Assembly: GCF_009646335.1 (NCBI RefSeq) | Contig: NZ_WJBU01000018.1 | Span: forward strand, 1-64,000 | Direction: 5' to 3' | DNA: 64,000 nucleotides | Source of the DNA: Caenimonas koreensis DSM 17982 | GTDB taxonomy: Bacteria > Pseudomonadota > Gammaproteobacteria > Burkholderiales > Burkholderiaceae_C | Shown: positions 31,550-42,293 of the stretch, piece after piece | Layout of the letters: the number at the start of each line of letters is the position of its first letter | Numbering within the stretch: position 1 is the stretch's first letter | The notes under the pieces: model-generated | Database searches by the model: none | What the model was told of the DNA's origin: nothing | The model's input: only the letters and a program-made list of their open reading frames with translations | Program-made: the position numbers and the translations under genes

Positions 31550-32175
31550 AAATCGCCCTGCTCGGCGCGGAGAGCACCGGCAAGACGCAACTCACGCAAG
31601 AGCTGGCAGCCCACCTGCGCGCGCAGGGCAAGTCGGTTGTCGTCGTGCCCGAAGTGCTGCGCTCGTGGTGCGAGCAAGCGGGCCGCACACCGCGCCCCGA
31701 AGAGCAGATGCCAATTGCGCAGGAGCAAGAACGGCTCGTTGACATTTCCGCCACGCAGGCGCAGGTCGTGATCACCGACACCACCGCCATCATGGTCGCC
31801 ATCTACAGCGCCATGCTGTTTGGTGATGGCAGCCTCTACCAATTCGCGCTCGCGCGCCAACGCACATACGACATCACGCTGGTCACGGGCCTGGACCTGC
31901 CATGGGTGGCCGACGGCCTGCAGCGCGACGGCCCGCATGTGCGCGAACCGGTGGATGCGCTGTTGCGCGCGGCGCTTGCTAAAGCTGGCGTTGTGTACCG
32001 GGTGATCTACGGCAACGGTGCGCAACGCACAGCGAATGCGCTGTCAGCCATCGATTCAATGTCTGCAACATTGCCTGCAGGCGCCCGGCAAAGACGGTGG
32101 ACCTGGCTCTGCGACAAGTGCAGCGATCCGGAGTGCGAGCACAGGCTCTTTCGAGCGAAGCTTTCCTCACGCTGA
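31546..32175 (+). CDS. P-loop ATPase, NadR-type ribosylnicotinamide kinase-like
   Basis: Walker A GAESTGKT; ATGA overlap with the pnuC stop; C-terminal Cys cluster CDKCSDPEC. Confidence 0.65.
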   Translation: MKIALLGAESTGKTQLTQELAAHLRAQGKSVVVVPEVLRSWCEQAGRTPRPEEQMPIAQEQERLVDISATQAQVVITDTTAIMVAIYSAMLFGDGSLYQFALARQRTYDITLVTGLDLPWVADGLQRDGPHVREPVDALLRAALAKAGVVYRVIYGNGAQRTANALSAIDSMSATLPAGARQRRWTWLCDKCSDPECEHRLFRAKLSSR

Positions 32176-32291
32176 CGTTTCGTATAGGGGTGGCAAACCT
32201 CAATACGGAGGTATGACGCCGCCCGCTTTACTGGCACTTAACCTTCGGCTTACTTTGAGCAACTTGAGTTGCCCGAGTTCGAAGGAACCTG

Positions 32292-32861
32292 ATGCCGCAA
32301 CATGCCTCGCCTCCACGCGCGCCCCTTGAGCCGCGTACGAAAGCGACCAACCGCCCGGTTGGCCGGCTCTCGGGCGCTGTGCGTCGTGTGGCAGCTGTCC
32401 TGTCCGTGGTGACCATCACGATCACAAGCGGCTTTGGGCAGAGGAATTCCAGGACGCGCGGCTGGAGCGGCCTCACTTCAGGCGGTACAGAACCCCTGAA
32501 CGCACTGCTTAACCCCATCGCTAACGAATCGCTGCGCGACCGCCTGAGCCGCCGCGCCGGCGCCCAGCCGCTGGAGTTCCTGTTGTGCTGCTGGAACTTT
32601 CAGGGTGCGGCCAATTCCCTCCAACGCTTTGCCCAGTTGCGCTACATCATCGACAGGTTTGTACGTGACTACGCGGACAGGCCCATCAAGCTGTCGGAAG
32701 ACATCCGCCGCAACCTGCTGGCCGAGTGGGCCAGGTGGTCGAAGGAAGAGCGTATTCCCACCACAGTCCGCCTTCTCGCGCTGGAGGCAGCTGCGAATGA
32801 AATCAACAGGCAGGTCGCGGACGACCCGCTCACGCCATTCCTGTTGAACCAGCGGCGCTGA
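32292..32861 (+). CDS. hypothetical protein
   Basis: 189-aa ORF with an AAGGA RBS and a coding-like C-terminal half; local GC is lower than the flanks. Confidence 0.45.
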   Translation: MPQHASPPRAPLEPRTKATNRPVGRLSGAVRRVAAVLSVVTITITSGFGQRNSRTRGWSGLTSGGTEPLNALLNPIANESLRDRLSRRAGAQPLEFLLCCWNFQGAANSLQRFAQLRYIIDRFVRDYADRPIKLSEDIRRNLLAEWARWSKEERIPTTVRLLALEAAANEINRQVADDPLTPFLLNQRR

Positions 32862-32894
32862 GCCTGTTGGCCCGGCGTTGCCAAAGCGCCTTCG

Positions 32895-33872
32895 CTATTG
32901 CACCTTGGATGTCGACGGCGGCTGATCGCCCGCCGAGGTGAATATCTGCGCGGCATCGACTGCATCGAACCGGTATTGCTGGCCGCAGAAGTCGCAACCC
33001 ACGTCGATCTCGCCGCGCTCGGCCAGGATGCTTTCTGCCTCCTCGATGCCCAGCCCGCGGATCATGCTGGACACACGGGCACGACTGCACGTGCATGCAA
33101 ACACGGGCGCCTTCGGTTCGAAGCGCAGCACACGCTCCTCCCAGAACAGGCGCTGCAAGATCGTATCGACGTCCAGCTCCAGCAACTCCTGCCGCGTCAG
33201 GCTGCGCGCCAGGATAGAGATGCGGTTGTAGTCTTCGTTGCGGCCGATCTCGTCCTCGTTCTCGCGGCTGACGAGGCTGCCCGCCAGATTGCCCTCGCCC
33301 GCCATCGGCAGCCGCTGTATCAACAGGCCCGCTGCCACCTTCGAATCGGCTGCGAGGATGAGCGTGGTGTCCAGCTGCTCTGACTGCAGCATGTAGTGCT
33401 CCAGCACGTCAGAGAGCTTGTCGAGCTTTTCGTTGTGGTCACCATGCAGCGGCACCACGCCCTGGTACGGCTGCTGGCCGGGAAACTTGTCCTTCGGGTC
33501 CAGCGTGATCGCGCAGCGGCCCTTGTTCGCCACATTCACGAGATCCGGCAAGCGGGCGTTGACGCCCACATCGCCGACGACTTTCGCGGTCACACGCAGC
33601 GACAAGTCATGCTGCACTTCGGCAACCGCCACCTTCACCGGACCATCGCCGAAGATCTGCAACACGAGCGCGCCGTTGAACTTGATGTTCGACTGCATGA
33701 GCACACCGGCCGCGGCCATCTCGCCCAGCAACTCGGCCACAGGTGGCGGCCATGCGCCGGTCTGGGTGTTCGCCAGGCGCCGCGCAAGAATCTCGGTCCA
33801 TGCGTCGGTCAGTTTCACGATGCACCCGCGCACCGGCAGGCCATCAAAAAGGAATTTGTGGAGTTCAGACAT
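32895..33872 (-). CDS. hslO: redox-regulated chaperone Hsp33
   Basis: 325 aa; C-terminal zinc centre CTCS...CDFCGQQY. Confidence 0.9.
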   Translation of the reverse strand: MSELHKFLFDGLPVRGCIVKLTDAWTEILARRLANTQTGAWPPPVAELLGEMAAAGVLMQSNIKFNGALVLQIFGDGPVKVAVAEVQHDLSLRVTAKVVGDVGVNARLPDLVNVANKGRCAITLDPKDKFPGQQPYQGVVPLHGDHNEKLDKLSDVLEHYMLQSEQLDTTLILAADSKVAAGLLIQRLPMAGEGNLAGSLVSRENEDEIGRNEDYNRISILARSLTRQELLELDVDTILQRLFWEERVLRFEPKAPVFACTCSRARVSSMIRGLGIEEAESILAERGEIDVGCDFCGQQYRFDAVDAAQIFTSAGDQPPSTSKVQ

Positions 33873-34396
33873 CAGGCGATCTTCCGCAAGCCCTTGCGGT
33901 AACGCTGCGCGTTTTCCACGTAGTGTTCGGCCAGGTGGGACAACAGCCGGACCTGCTCTTCGCTAAGCGCGCGCACGGCCCTTGCCGGGCTGCCGACGAT
34001 CAGCGAGTTGTCGGGGAACTCCTTGCCTTCGGTCACGACGCTGCCCGCCCCGACGATGCAGTTCTTGCCGATCTTTGCGTTGTTCAGCACCACAGCCTGG
34101 ATGCCAATCAACGATCCATCGCCGATGGTGCAGCCGTGCAGCATCACCTGGTGGCCCACCGTGACGTTGTCGCCCAGCGTGAGCGGCACGCCAATGTCGG
34201 CATGCAGCATCGACTGGTCCTGGATGTTCGTGCCGCGGCCGATCTTGATGACCTCGGTATCACCGCGAATGACGGTGCCGAACCACACGCTGGCGTTTTC
34301 ACCCAGCACCACGTTACCGATCACCTCGGCGCTGTCGGCCACCCATGCACCTTCGCCAAGTTGCGGCGAGATGCCGTCGAGTTCATAGAGAGCCAT
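33872..34396 (-). CDS. gamma-class carbonic anhydrase family protein (hexapeptide repeat)
   Basis: Left-handed beta-helix hexapeptide repeats, 174 aa. Confidence 0.85.
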   Translation of the reverse strand: MALYELDGISPQLGEGAWVADSAEVIGNVVLGENASVWFGTVIRGDTEVIKIGRGTNIQDQSMLHADIGVPLTLGDNVTVGHQVMLHGCTIGDGSLIGIQAVVLNNAKIGKNCIVGAGSVVTEGKEFPDNSLIVGSPARAVRALSEEQVRLLSHLAEHYVENAQRYRKGLRKIA

Positions 34397-34541
34397 GTAT
34401 TTCTTTCATCGCAGACCTGAAATTGTAGGCAGCGGGTGGAGCCTGCGGGTGCACTCCTAGAATCAGGGCCATGCGAACACAGGGCCATTCGCCAATCGCA
34501 TCACTTCGATCAAGACGGCGCACATCAAAGAAAGCCCAAGC

Positions 34542-35417
34542 ATGAGCGATCCCGCAGCCTATATCCCGCCCGCCGTCTGGACCTGGTCCAAAGCCAACGG
34601 CGGCAAGTTCGCAGACATCAACCGTCCGGTCGCCGGCCCCACGCATGACAAGGAACTGCCGGTCGGCCGCCATCCGCTGCAGCTGTATTCGCTGGGCACG
34701 CCCAACGGCGTGAAGGTCACCGTGATGCTGGAAGAGCTGCTGGCGCTGGGGCACGAAGGCGCGCAATACGACGCATGGCTGATCCGGATCGGCGAAGGGG
34801 CCCAGTTCAGCAGCGGCTTCGTGGCCGCCAACCCCAACTCGAAGATTCCGGCGCTGGTGGACCGCAGCGGGCCGCAGCCTGTTCGCGTGTTCGAGTCCGG
34901 CGCCATCCTGCTGCACCTGGCCGAGAAGTTCGGCGCCTTCCTGCCGCAGGGCGGCGCGGCACGGGCCGAATGCCTGTCCTGGTTGTTCTGGCAGATGGGC
35001 AGCGCGCCCTTCCTGGGCGGCGGCTTCGGCCACTTCTATGCCTATGCGCCGTCGAAAATCGAGTACGCGATCGATCGCTATGCCATGGAAGTCAAGCGCC
35101 AGCTCGATGTGCTCGACCGGCATCTGGCCAACGCGCACTACATGGCGGGCGACGAGTACACCATTGCCGACATGGCGATCTGGCCCTGGTACGGCACGCT
35201 GGTCAAAGGGCAACTCTATGGCGCTGGCGAATTTCTGCAGGTGCAGGACTACCGCCATGTGCTGCGATGGACCGACGAGATCGCGCAGCGGCCGGCCGCC
35301 AGGCGCGGCCGCATGGTCAACCGCACCTGGGGCGATGCTGCCAGCCAGTTGCACGAACGGCATGACGCCAGCGATTTCGATGCCCGCACGCAGGACAAGC
35401 TGGCACCTGGAGCTTGA
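34542..35417 (+). CDS. glutathione S-transferase, YghU/Nu class
   Basis: 291 aa; N-terminal thioredoxin-like GST fold (LQLYSLGTPNGVKV) with YghU-type extensions. Confidence 0.85.
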   Translation: MSDPAAYIPPAVWTWSKANGGKFADINRPVAGPTHDKELPVGRHPLQLYSLGTPNGVKVTVMLEELLALGHEGAQYDAWLIRIGEGAQFSSGFVAANPNSKIPALVDRSGPQPVRVFESGAILLHLAEKFGAFLPQGGAARAECLSWLFWQMGSAPFLGGGFGHFYAYAPSKIEYAIDRYAMEVKRQLDVLDRHLANAHYMAGDEYTIADMAIWPWYGTLVKGQLYGAGEFLQVQDYRHVLRWTDEIAQRPAARRGRMVNRTWGDAASQLHERHDASDFDARTQDKLAPGA

Positions 35418-35450
35418 GCGCTGCCGATCCGGACACAGGAGCACTCGCCG

Positions 35451-36083
35451 ATGATCACCTTGTACGACTGCGCGACCGCGCCCAGCCCGCGCCGCGCGCG
35501 CATCCTGCTCGCCGAAAAGGGCGTGGCGCACGAGACAGTGCAAGTCGACCTGCGCAGTGGCGCGCAACTGGCCGAGGCCTTCCGCCGCATCAATCCGCAA
35601 TGCACGGTGCCTGCGCTGCAGACCGAAGAGGGCGTGGTGCTGACCGACAACGCGGCGATCGCCGCCTACGTCGAGGCACGGTGGCCCGAGCCTGCATTGC
35701 TGGGCACGTCCCCTCTTGAGAAGGCGCAGATCGCGAGCTGGAACTGGCGCGTCGAATTCGAGGGGCTTTTGGCCATTGCCGAAGCCTTGCGCAATGCGTC
35801 CCCGGGAATGATCAACCGGGCGCTCCCCGGCCCGCGCAACTATCCGCAGATTCCCGAACTCGCGCAGCGCGGCCTCGTGCGCGTGCAGGACTTTTTCGAA
35901 ATGCTCAACGAGCGGCTTGCAGAGCGTGACTTCATCGCCACCGACAGCTTCAGCATTGCCGATATCACTGCTGTCGTCGCGGTGGACTTCGCCCGTGTGG
36001 TGAAGATCAAGCCGGGCGAACAGCACCCCCACCTGCAGCGCTGGCGTGCCGCCATGGCCGGGCGGCCGTCCATGTCCTTGTAG
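35451..36083 (+). CDS. glutathione S-transferase
   Basis: 210 aa; MITLYD...SPRRARILLAEKG...CTVPAL. Confidence 0.85.
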   Translation: MITLYDCATAPSPRRARILLAEKGVAHETVQVDLRSGAQLAEAFRRINPQCTVPALQTEEGVVLTDNAAIAAYVEARWPEPALLGTSPLEKAQIASWNWRVEFEGLLAIAEALRNASPGMINRALPGPRNYPQIPELAQRGLVRVQDFFEMLNERLAERDFIATDSFSIADITAVVAVDFARVVKIKPGEQHPHLQRWRAAMAGRPSMSL

Positions 36084-36089
36084 CGGCCT

Positions 36090-37016
36090 TCAGTTGCCGG
36101 CGCCGGCCCGCACCGGCATCTTCTTTCCAACGAACACAGTCGCAATCACAGCGACGCCGAAGGCGATCGTCGCGGCATCGATGCGCTCGCCCAGCAGCGG
36201 AACGGCGAACAGCATCGAGAGAAATGGCTGCACCAGCTGGACCTGGCTCACGCGCACGGTGCCGCCCAAGGCCAGCCCCCGGTACCAGGCGAAAAATCCC
36301 AACCACATCGAGAACACCGCAACATAAGCGAAAGCGCCCCAGGCTGCCGGCGAAATGCCGCCAGTCGGCCACGTCATCCAGGCGCCAGGCAAGGTCAACG
36401 GAAATGCCACCACAAGGGCCCAGCAGATGACATGGTCCGCGCGCATGCGCTGCGAGAGCTGGCCGCCATAGCCATAACCGACGGCGGCGCACCCCATCGC
36501 GGCCAGCAGCAGCAGATCTGCAGGTGCCAGCAACACATCACCGCTGCCGTTGTGAAGCAACGCGAAAGCGATGACCAGTGCGCTACCCGCTGCCGCGCAC
36601 GCCCAGAAGCCGCCAGACGGCCGCTGGCCGTGAAGCCACGCGCCAACTGCTGCGGTGGCGAGCGGCAGCACGCCCACGATCACGCTGGCATGCACGGCCT
36701 CGACGTGACGCATGGCGATCGACGTCAGCAACGGAAAGCCGAATACGACGCCGGCCGACGTCAGCGCGAGCGGCAGCCAGTCGCGACGAAGGGGCCAGGG
36801 CGCGCGGGTAGCAGCCAGGAAAGCCATCGACAAGACGGCCGCAACCGCCGCACGCCCCAACGCGAGGAAGGCTCCCGACATCTGCGGGCCCCCGGGTGTG
36901 CCAACCGCGATGCGAGTCATGGGGAGCGTCATCGCGAAGATGGTCACGCCAAGCAGGCCCAACCAGAGCCCGCGGGTGTCGGGCGCATGCGTCGGTGCGC
37001 TGGCCTTTACATTCAT
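36090..37016 (-). CDS. DMT-superfamily (EamA) transporter
   Basis: About 10 TM helices with an EamA duplication. Confidence 0.8.
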   Translation of the reverse strand: MNVKASAPTHAPDTRGLWLGLLGVTIFAMTLPMTRIAVGTPGGPQMSGAFLALGRAAVAAVLSMAFLAATRAPWPLRRDWLPLALTSAGVVFGFPLLTSIAMRHVEAVHASVIVGVLPLATAAVGAWLHGQRPSGGFWACAAAGSALVIAFALLHNGSGDVLLAPADLLLLAAMGCAAVGYGYGGQLSQRMRADHVICWALVVAFPLTLPGAWMTWPTGGISPAAWGAFAYVAVFSMWLGFFAWYRGLALGGTVRVSQVQLVQPFLSMLFAVPLLGERIDAATIAFGVAVIATVFVGKKMPVRAGAGN

Positions 37017-37198
37017 GCCGCTGACTCTACGCGGCGAGGGCGTTGCCAGGCAGTACAGTGGACGGGCCGATCACCGCCCGTGTATTGGCTGCTTTGCCAA
37101 TACAGCAGACTCGGAGAATTTCCTCCACTGGTTGCGCGGCGTCGACAACGACGCATGCCAGTTTTTTGACATCCGGTTTTTTTCTGCGCCCTTCTGAA

Positions 37199-37978
37199 AT
37201 GACATCACTGCGATCTGCCGCGTTAGTGCCGCTACTTGAACCCGACGCCATCAAGAAGGCCCGGCTGGTTCTTGAAATGTCGCCAGACCTCCCGCCAGAC
37301 ACCGGCACCGTTTTCGAAGTTCCACCGGGTATCCCTGGCCGGCCATCAACGCCCCGACTCGTTCCCCACACGCAAATCAAACAGCGCCCGCTTTCAACGA
37401 TTCAGGGGCGTGCTGGCCTGATCCATTCGATCACCCACATCGAACTCAACGCCATCGACCTGGCCCTTGATGTGATCTGGCGCTTCGCAGGAATGCCGCC
37501 GCAGTTCTACCTGGACTGGATGCAGGTCGCCAAAGAAGAGGCGCTGCATTTCACGCTGCTGCGCAATCACCTCGTCACGCTGGGTTTCGACTACGGCTCG
37601 TTCGACGCACACGATGCGCTGTGGCAAATGGCCGAGAAGACAAAGGACAACATCCTCGCGCGCATCGCTCTGGTTCCGCGCACGCTGGAGGCACGCGGGC
37701 TCGATGCATCGCCCGCCGTCAAGAAGAAACTCGTGAGCGCCGGTGACATGAAGGCAGGTGAAATTCTCGATGTGATCCTGCGCGATGAGATCGGCCATGT
37801 GGCAGTAGGCAATCGCTGGTACCGGCACTTGTGCGAGCAGCGAGGGCTCGATCCGATTTCAACGTACGCACAACTTTGCGAACGGTATCAAGCACCGCAC
37901 TTGCGCGGGCCTTTCAACCTTGAAGCGCGTCGCGCGGCAGGTTTCGATGAAGCGGAACTGGCCGCGTTGCAGGTCTGA
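37199..37978 (+). CDS. ferritin-like DUF455 family protein
   Basis: Start chosen at MTSLRSAAL (260 aa); ferritin-like four-helix motifs (IELNAIDLALD ... DEIGHVAVG). Confidence 0.65.
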   Translation: MTSLRSAALVPLLEPDAIKKARLVLEMSPDLPPDTGTVFEVPPGIPGRPSTPRLVPHTQIKQRPLSTIQGRAGLIHSITHIELNAIDLALDVIWRFAGMPPQFYLDWMQVAKEEALHFTLLRNHLVTLGFDYGSFDAHDALWQMAEKTKDNILARIALVPRTLEARGLDASPAVKKKLVSAGDMKAGEILDVILRDEIGHVAVGNRWYRHLCEQRGLDPISTYAQLCERYQAPHLRGPFNLEARRAAGFDEAELAALQV

Positions 37979-38015
37979 GGGCTGGCCACCCTTCAACCAA
38001 GCTCGGCCTGGAAAA

Positions 38016-38912
38016 TCACCCGCGCGGGTGGTGATGCGCGTGCAACTGCTTGAGCCGCTCGCGCGCGACGTGCGTATAAATCGTCGTCGTCGAAATGTCC
38101 GCGTGGCCGAGCAGCATCTGCACCGCGCGCAAATCGGCACCGTGATTGAGCAGATGCGTCGCAAAGGCGTGCCGCAGCGTATGCGGCGACAGCGGCGAGT
38201 GGATGTCCGCCGCCAGCGCGTTCTTCTTCACGATCATCCAGAACATCACGCGGCTCATGCCCTGGCCGCGTGAGGTCACGAACAAGTCGTCGCTCTGCTG
38301 GCCGTTGAGGATCAGGGCGCGTGCGTCCTTCAGGTAGCGGTCAATCCAGTCAGCCGCGACCTGCCCGAACGGCACCAGCCTTTCCTTGCTGCCCTTGCCC
38401 AGCACCCGCAGCACACCTTCGGAGCGGCTCACGTTGAACGTCTTCAAGCCGACCAGCTCGCTCACGCGAAGACCGCTCGCGTAGATCAGCTCCAGCATCG
38501 TGCGGTCGCGCAGGCCCAGCGGCGTGTCGATGTCCGGCGCGGCGAGCAAAGCCTCCACCTGCGCCTCGCTCAGCGTCTTGGGCACGCGCAGCGGCTGCTT
38601 GGCCGACTCCAGGCGCAGCGTAGGGTCTGCGCTGACCAGCCGCTCGCGCAGCGCCCAGCGGAAGTAGCGCTTGAACACCGTGAGGCGGCGGTTCGCCGTG
38701 GTCGCACGGCTTTGCGAGTGACGCGCAGCGAAGTAGGCGTTGAGGTCAGCTTCGGTCGTGGTGTCAAGCGCGCGCCCCTGCCCGGCGAGCCACTGCGCAT
38801 ACAGCGTCAGGTCACGCCGGTACGCGGCCAGCGTGTTGCGCGACAAGCCCTCCTCCAGCCAGAGGCCGTCGATGAATGTGTCGATGCCTGCCGCAGGCGC
38901 TGCTTGGCTCAA
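38016..38912 (-). CDS. xerD: site-specific tyrosine recombinase XerD
   Basis: 298 aa; catalytic R..HxxR...Y ([12 protein letters not shown] ... TTIYTHV). Confidence 0.9.
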   Translation of the reverse strand: MSQAAPAAGIDTFIDGLWLEEGLSRNTLAAYRRDLTLYAQWLAGQGRALDTTTEADLNAYFAARHSQSRATTANRRLTVFKRYFRWALRERLVSADPTLRLESAKQPLRVPKTLSEAQVEALLAAPDIDTPLGLRDRTMLELIYASGLRVSELVGLKTFNVSRSEGVLRVLGKGSKERLVPFGQVAADWIDRYLKDARALILNGQQSDDLFVTSRGQGMSRVMFWMIVKKNALAADIHSPLSPHTLRHAFATHLLNHGADLRAVQMLLGHADISTTTIYTHVARERLKQLHAHHHPRG

Positions 38913-39871
38913 TCCAGCTTCAGCTTCGCGCTGTCGACGACCTTTTTGTAGACCTCATACTCGGCCTTGATCTGCTCGGCGAACTGCTGCGGCGTGTTGC
39001 CGATGATGATCGAGCCGGTGTCCTCGATGCGCTTGCGCACAGCGGGGTCCTGCAGGGCCTTGACCACGCCATCGTGGATCTTGGCGACGATATCTGCCGG
39101 CATGCCCTTCGGGCCGTAGATGCCGTAGAAGGCCATGCGGTTCACGGGCTCAAGGCCGATTTCCTTGAAGGTCGGCACGTTCGGCAAGCTTGCCACGCGC
39201 GTGGGCGCCGCAACGACGATGGGCACCAGCCGGTTCTCCTTGATGAAAGGCAAGGCCGATGGCAGGTTGTCGAAGATCATCGGCACCTGGCCAGCCACGG
39301 TGTCGTTGAGCGCAGGGCCCGCGCCGCGATACGGGATGTGCGTGATGAACGTGCCCGAGAGGTTCTTGTACAGCTCCATCTGCAGGTGGCCGATACCGCC
39401 CGTGCCCGACGATGAATACGAATAGCGCCCCGGCGCCTTCTTCACCTCGGCAACAAACGTCTTGTAATCCTTGGCCGGGAACGTGGGGTGCACGGCGATC
39501 ACGTTGGGTGTGGCCGCAATGTTCGTGATGGGCGTGAAGTCGGTCAGCGAGTTGTACGGAATCTTCGGGTTGATGGCCGGATTGGCGGCAACGGTCGACA
39601 CTGTCGCCATGCCCAGCGAGTAGCCATCAGGAGCTGCGCGCGATGTATCGAGCGCGCCAACCACGCCGCCGCCGCCCGCCTTGTTTTCAACCACGACCGA
39701 CTGGCCGAGCGCCTTGCCCAGCGGCTCGGCAATAACGCGCGCGATGATGTCGGTGGTGCCGCCGGGTGCAAAAGGCACGACCAGCTTGATGACCTTGTTG
39801 GGATAACCCTGGGCGAGCACCGGGCCCGCAGCAATCAGCAGCGCGGCAGACAGGACCAATCTGGATTTCAT
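38909..39871 (-). CDS. tripartite tricarboxylate transporter substrate-binding protein (TctC/Bug family)
   Basis: Signal peptide [20 protein letters not shown]; Bug-family core. Confidence 0.8.
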   Translation of the reverse strand: MKSRLVLSAALLIAAGPVLAQGYPNKVIKLVVPFAPGGTTDIIARVIAEPLGKALGQSVVVENKAGGGGVVGALDTSRAAPDGYSLGMATVSTVAANPAINPKIPYNSLTDFTPITNIAATPNVIAVHPTFPAKDYKTFVAEVKKAPGRYSYSSSGTGGIGHLQMELYKNLSGTFITHIPYRGAGPALNDTVAGQVPMIFDNLPSALPFIKENRLVPIVVAAPTRVASLPNVPTFKEIGLEPVNRMAFYGIYGPKGMPADIVAKIHDGVVKALQDPAVRKRIEDTGSIIIGNTPQQFAEQIKAEYEVYKKVVDSAKLKLD

Positions 39872-39995
39872 CGAAACACTCCTTGAATTGAACACGCACG
39901 GGCGCGACCCCGCGAATGCTACAGGCGAGCTTGAAAACCGCGCGTGTGGATTACCCATAGGGGCAATCCCGTAGGGCTCGCTTATCCTCACCCGG

Positions 39996-40901
39996 GTGAA
40001 CTTTGCCCAGCTCCTGTTTCCCGACTTTTCCCTGATCCTCTGTGGCTACCTGATCTGCCGCTACACCCCACTCGGCCGCGCCGTCTGGGACCAGGTCGAA
40101 AGCCTTGTCTACTACTTTCTCTTCCCGGTCCTGCTCTTTCACTCCATCGTCAAGAGCCCGCTGGACCTGGGCGCGACGTCGAGCCTGATTGCGGCGGGCC
40201 TGCTGATGGGGGTGAGCGGCATTGCGATGGCTTACGCGTTGCCGCACCTGCCCTGGCTTGGCCGGCACATCGATGCGCGCGAACACGCCGGCGCCGCGCA
40301 GGTGGCTTTCCGGTTCAACTCCTTCGTGGCATTGGCCATTGCAGAGAAGCTCGCGGGCGCACAAGGGCTGCTGCTCATCGCCGTGCTGATCGGCTTTTGC
40401 GTGCCGCTCTTCAATGTGGCCGCCGTGTGGCCGATGGCACGGCACGGCGAGGCGCACCTGGGCCGGGCGTTGCTGCGCAACCCGCTGATCATTGCGACTG
40501 TCTCGGGCCTGGTGGCCAACCTGCTTGGCCTGAAGGTGCCGGGCTGGCTCGACCCGACGCTCTCGCGCATCGGCGCAGCGTCGCTCGCATTGGGGCTCAT
40601 GTCCGCTGGCGCCGGCATGCAGTTCGGCACCCTCGGCCAGGCCAAGGCACTGGCGGTGAGCGTGCTGGCCATTCGCCACTTGCTGCTGCCACTTGTCGCA
40701 TTCGGCCTGGCGCGCCTGCTGCGCCTCGACCCGGCGCAAACAGCCGTACTGCTTGCCTTCTCCGCATTGCCGACCGCGTCGAGCTGCTATGTGCTGGCCT
40801 CGCGAATGGGCTACAACGGCGCTTATGTGGCGGGGCTCGTCACACTCTCGACGCTGCTCGGCGTCGCCAGCCTGAGCTTTGCGCTCGTCGCCCTGCGATA
40901 G
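39996..40901 (+). CDS. AEC-family (auxin efflux carrier) transporter
   Basis: 301 aa, about 10 TM helices. Confidence 0.75.
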   Translation: MNFAQLLFPDFSLILCGYLICRYTPLGRAVWDQVESLVYYFLFPVLLFHSIVKSPLDLGATSSLIAAGLLMGVSGIAMAYALPHLPWLGRHIDAREHAGAAQVAFRFNSFVALAIAEKLAGAQGLLLIAVLIGFCVPLFNVAAVWPMARHGEAHLGRALLRNPLIIATVSGLVANLLGLKVPGWLDPTLSRIGAASLALGLMSAGAGMQFGTLGQAKALAVSVLAIRHLLLPLVAFGLARLLRLDPAQTAVLLAFSALPTASSCYVLASRMGYNGAYVAGLVTLSTLLGVASLSFALVALR

Positions 40902-40973
40902 ACACTTGCCGTTTGCGTGAAATGTGCACGCTTTTTTCCAGCGCAAGTGTGAAATTTATGTCATCGTGACTGC

Positions 40974-42260
40974 ATGAGCGAGTTCGAACTTGCGATATGG
41001 AGCGCTGCCAGCGGAGCCATTTCACTGGTGGTACTCGTCTGCGCGGCTGACCTTCTCATGACGCGAAGCGTCGCCGCCGCACAAGGCACGGCCTACAACA
41101 TCGTCGCACTCCTGTTCGTGCTCCTGCTCAGCGGCGTGCCCCGCGCGCTGGTGCCGGAGCTGAACCCTTCAGCGCTGCACACCGCGCAAGTGCTGGTCGG
41201 CCCGCTCTGCTCCTTTCTTGGCAACTACTGGATTCGCGGCTGGCTCGGCGCGCGCCAGCGCGACCGGTTCATGGACAGGGCGCTCCTGGGCAGCGGCGTC
41301 GCCGCCATCGTGCTGGGCATGGCGACGTTGGCATTGCCGCACTCGCAGCAGCTGCCCGCCGCAGCCATCATCGTGATGGTCAATGTTGGCCTGTCGATCT
41401 GGATGTGCGTTCGCGCACGCATGCACGGTGACGCGCTCGCCCTGGGCATCGCGATCGGCAGCATGCTGATGCTGGTAGGCGTCGGCGGCCTTTATGGCAT
41501 TGCGCTCGGCGTGCCGGGCATCGGCACCGGCTTGCAGGCGATGTTCGCTTCGGTCTGCGTGCTGTGCCTGGCCACGATTGGCGCCATGCTCTGGAAGCGC
41601 AATGAGCGCGCACGCCGCATGCACGGCTTCGAGCCGGAACACTCGCAGTTCGACCCCGTGACCAAGCTGCGTTCGGGCGCGCCGTTTGTGCGGCAGCTGA
41701 TCAAGGCCCAGGAGCGCAGGCGGCGCACGCGGCGCGATGGCGCGGTGATTGCCGTGCTGGTCTTCCAGCCCGAGCGCATCGTGTCGCAGGCCGGCACCGG
41801 CGCGTTGAACGAGGTGTACCTGCAAGTCGCGCACCGCTTGCAAAGGCAGCTGGGCGCAGTCAATCCCGTCGGGCGCTACTGGGAGCGCTGCTTCATCGCG
41901 CTGTCCGAGTCCATTCACTCGCCCGCCGCATTGCGCACGATGGGCCTGCGCGTGGCCAGCGCCATGCGCAAGCCGATGCACGTGAAGTCTGCCGACGGCA
42001 CGATGGTCCAGGTGCGCGTGGACATCGGCGTCGGTGTGGTGCACATGGGCGCGCGCGAAGACAGTGAAGTTGAAGACCTTTTGCACGAAGCCGAGCATCT
42101 GGCCGAAGCCGCACGCGCGATGGCGTCGCGCGCTGCGATGCGCGACCCGCTGACAGGCGAGACGGTGCCCGTTGAAAAGGCACAGTTCGGCCACCGCCGG
42201 CGTATCCGGGCCGGCGCCGCAATCGCACCGGTCACCCCAGGGGTGCGCGCCCGGGCCTGA
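40974..42260 (+). CDS. membrane sensor-like protein with a degenerate GGDEF-like C-terminal domain
   Basis: An N-terminal hydrophobic half of about 200 aa (about 6-7 TM), then FDPVTKL...VIAVLVF...RYWERCFIALSE in place of RYGGEEF. Second degenerate GGDEF in the window. Confidence 0.55.
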   Translation: MSEFELAIWSAASGAISLVVLVCAADLLMTRSVAAAQGTAYNIVALLFVLLLSGVPRALVPELNPSALHTAQVLVGPLCSFLGNYWIRGWLGARQRDRFMDRALLGSGVAAIVLGMATLALPHSQQLPAAAIIVMVNVGLSIWMCVRARMHGDALALGIAIGSMLMLVGVGGLYGIALGVPGIGTGLQAMFASVCVLCLATIGAMLWKRNERARRMHGFEPEHSQFDPVTKLRSGAPFVRQLIKAQERRRRTRRDGAVIAVLVFQPERIVSQAGTGALNEVYLQVAHRLQRQLGAVNPVGRYWERCFIALSESIHSPAALRTMGLRVASAMRKPMHVKSADGTMVQVRVDIGVGVVHMGAREDSEVEDLLHEAEHLAEAARAMASRAAMRDPLTGETVPVEKAQFGHRRRIRAGAAIAPVTPGVRARA

Positions 42261-42293
42261 CGGGCCTGCTGTCTCTTCGTTGGCGCAACGCCG

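Noticed and set aside
34383-36032. 549-aa minus-strand ORF
   Set aside because: Antisense to two clearly homologous glutathione S-transferase genes; its product has no recognisable motifs. A GC-rich antisense artefact.
41169-42194. 341-aa minus ORF antisense to the degenerate-GGDEF membrane protein gene
   Set aside because: The plus-strand product shows coherent TM topology and a domain-like C-terminus; the minus product is Arg/Ala/His-rich.
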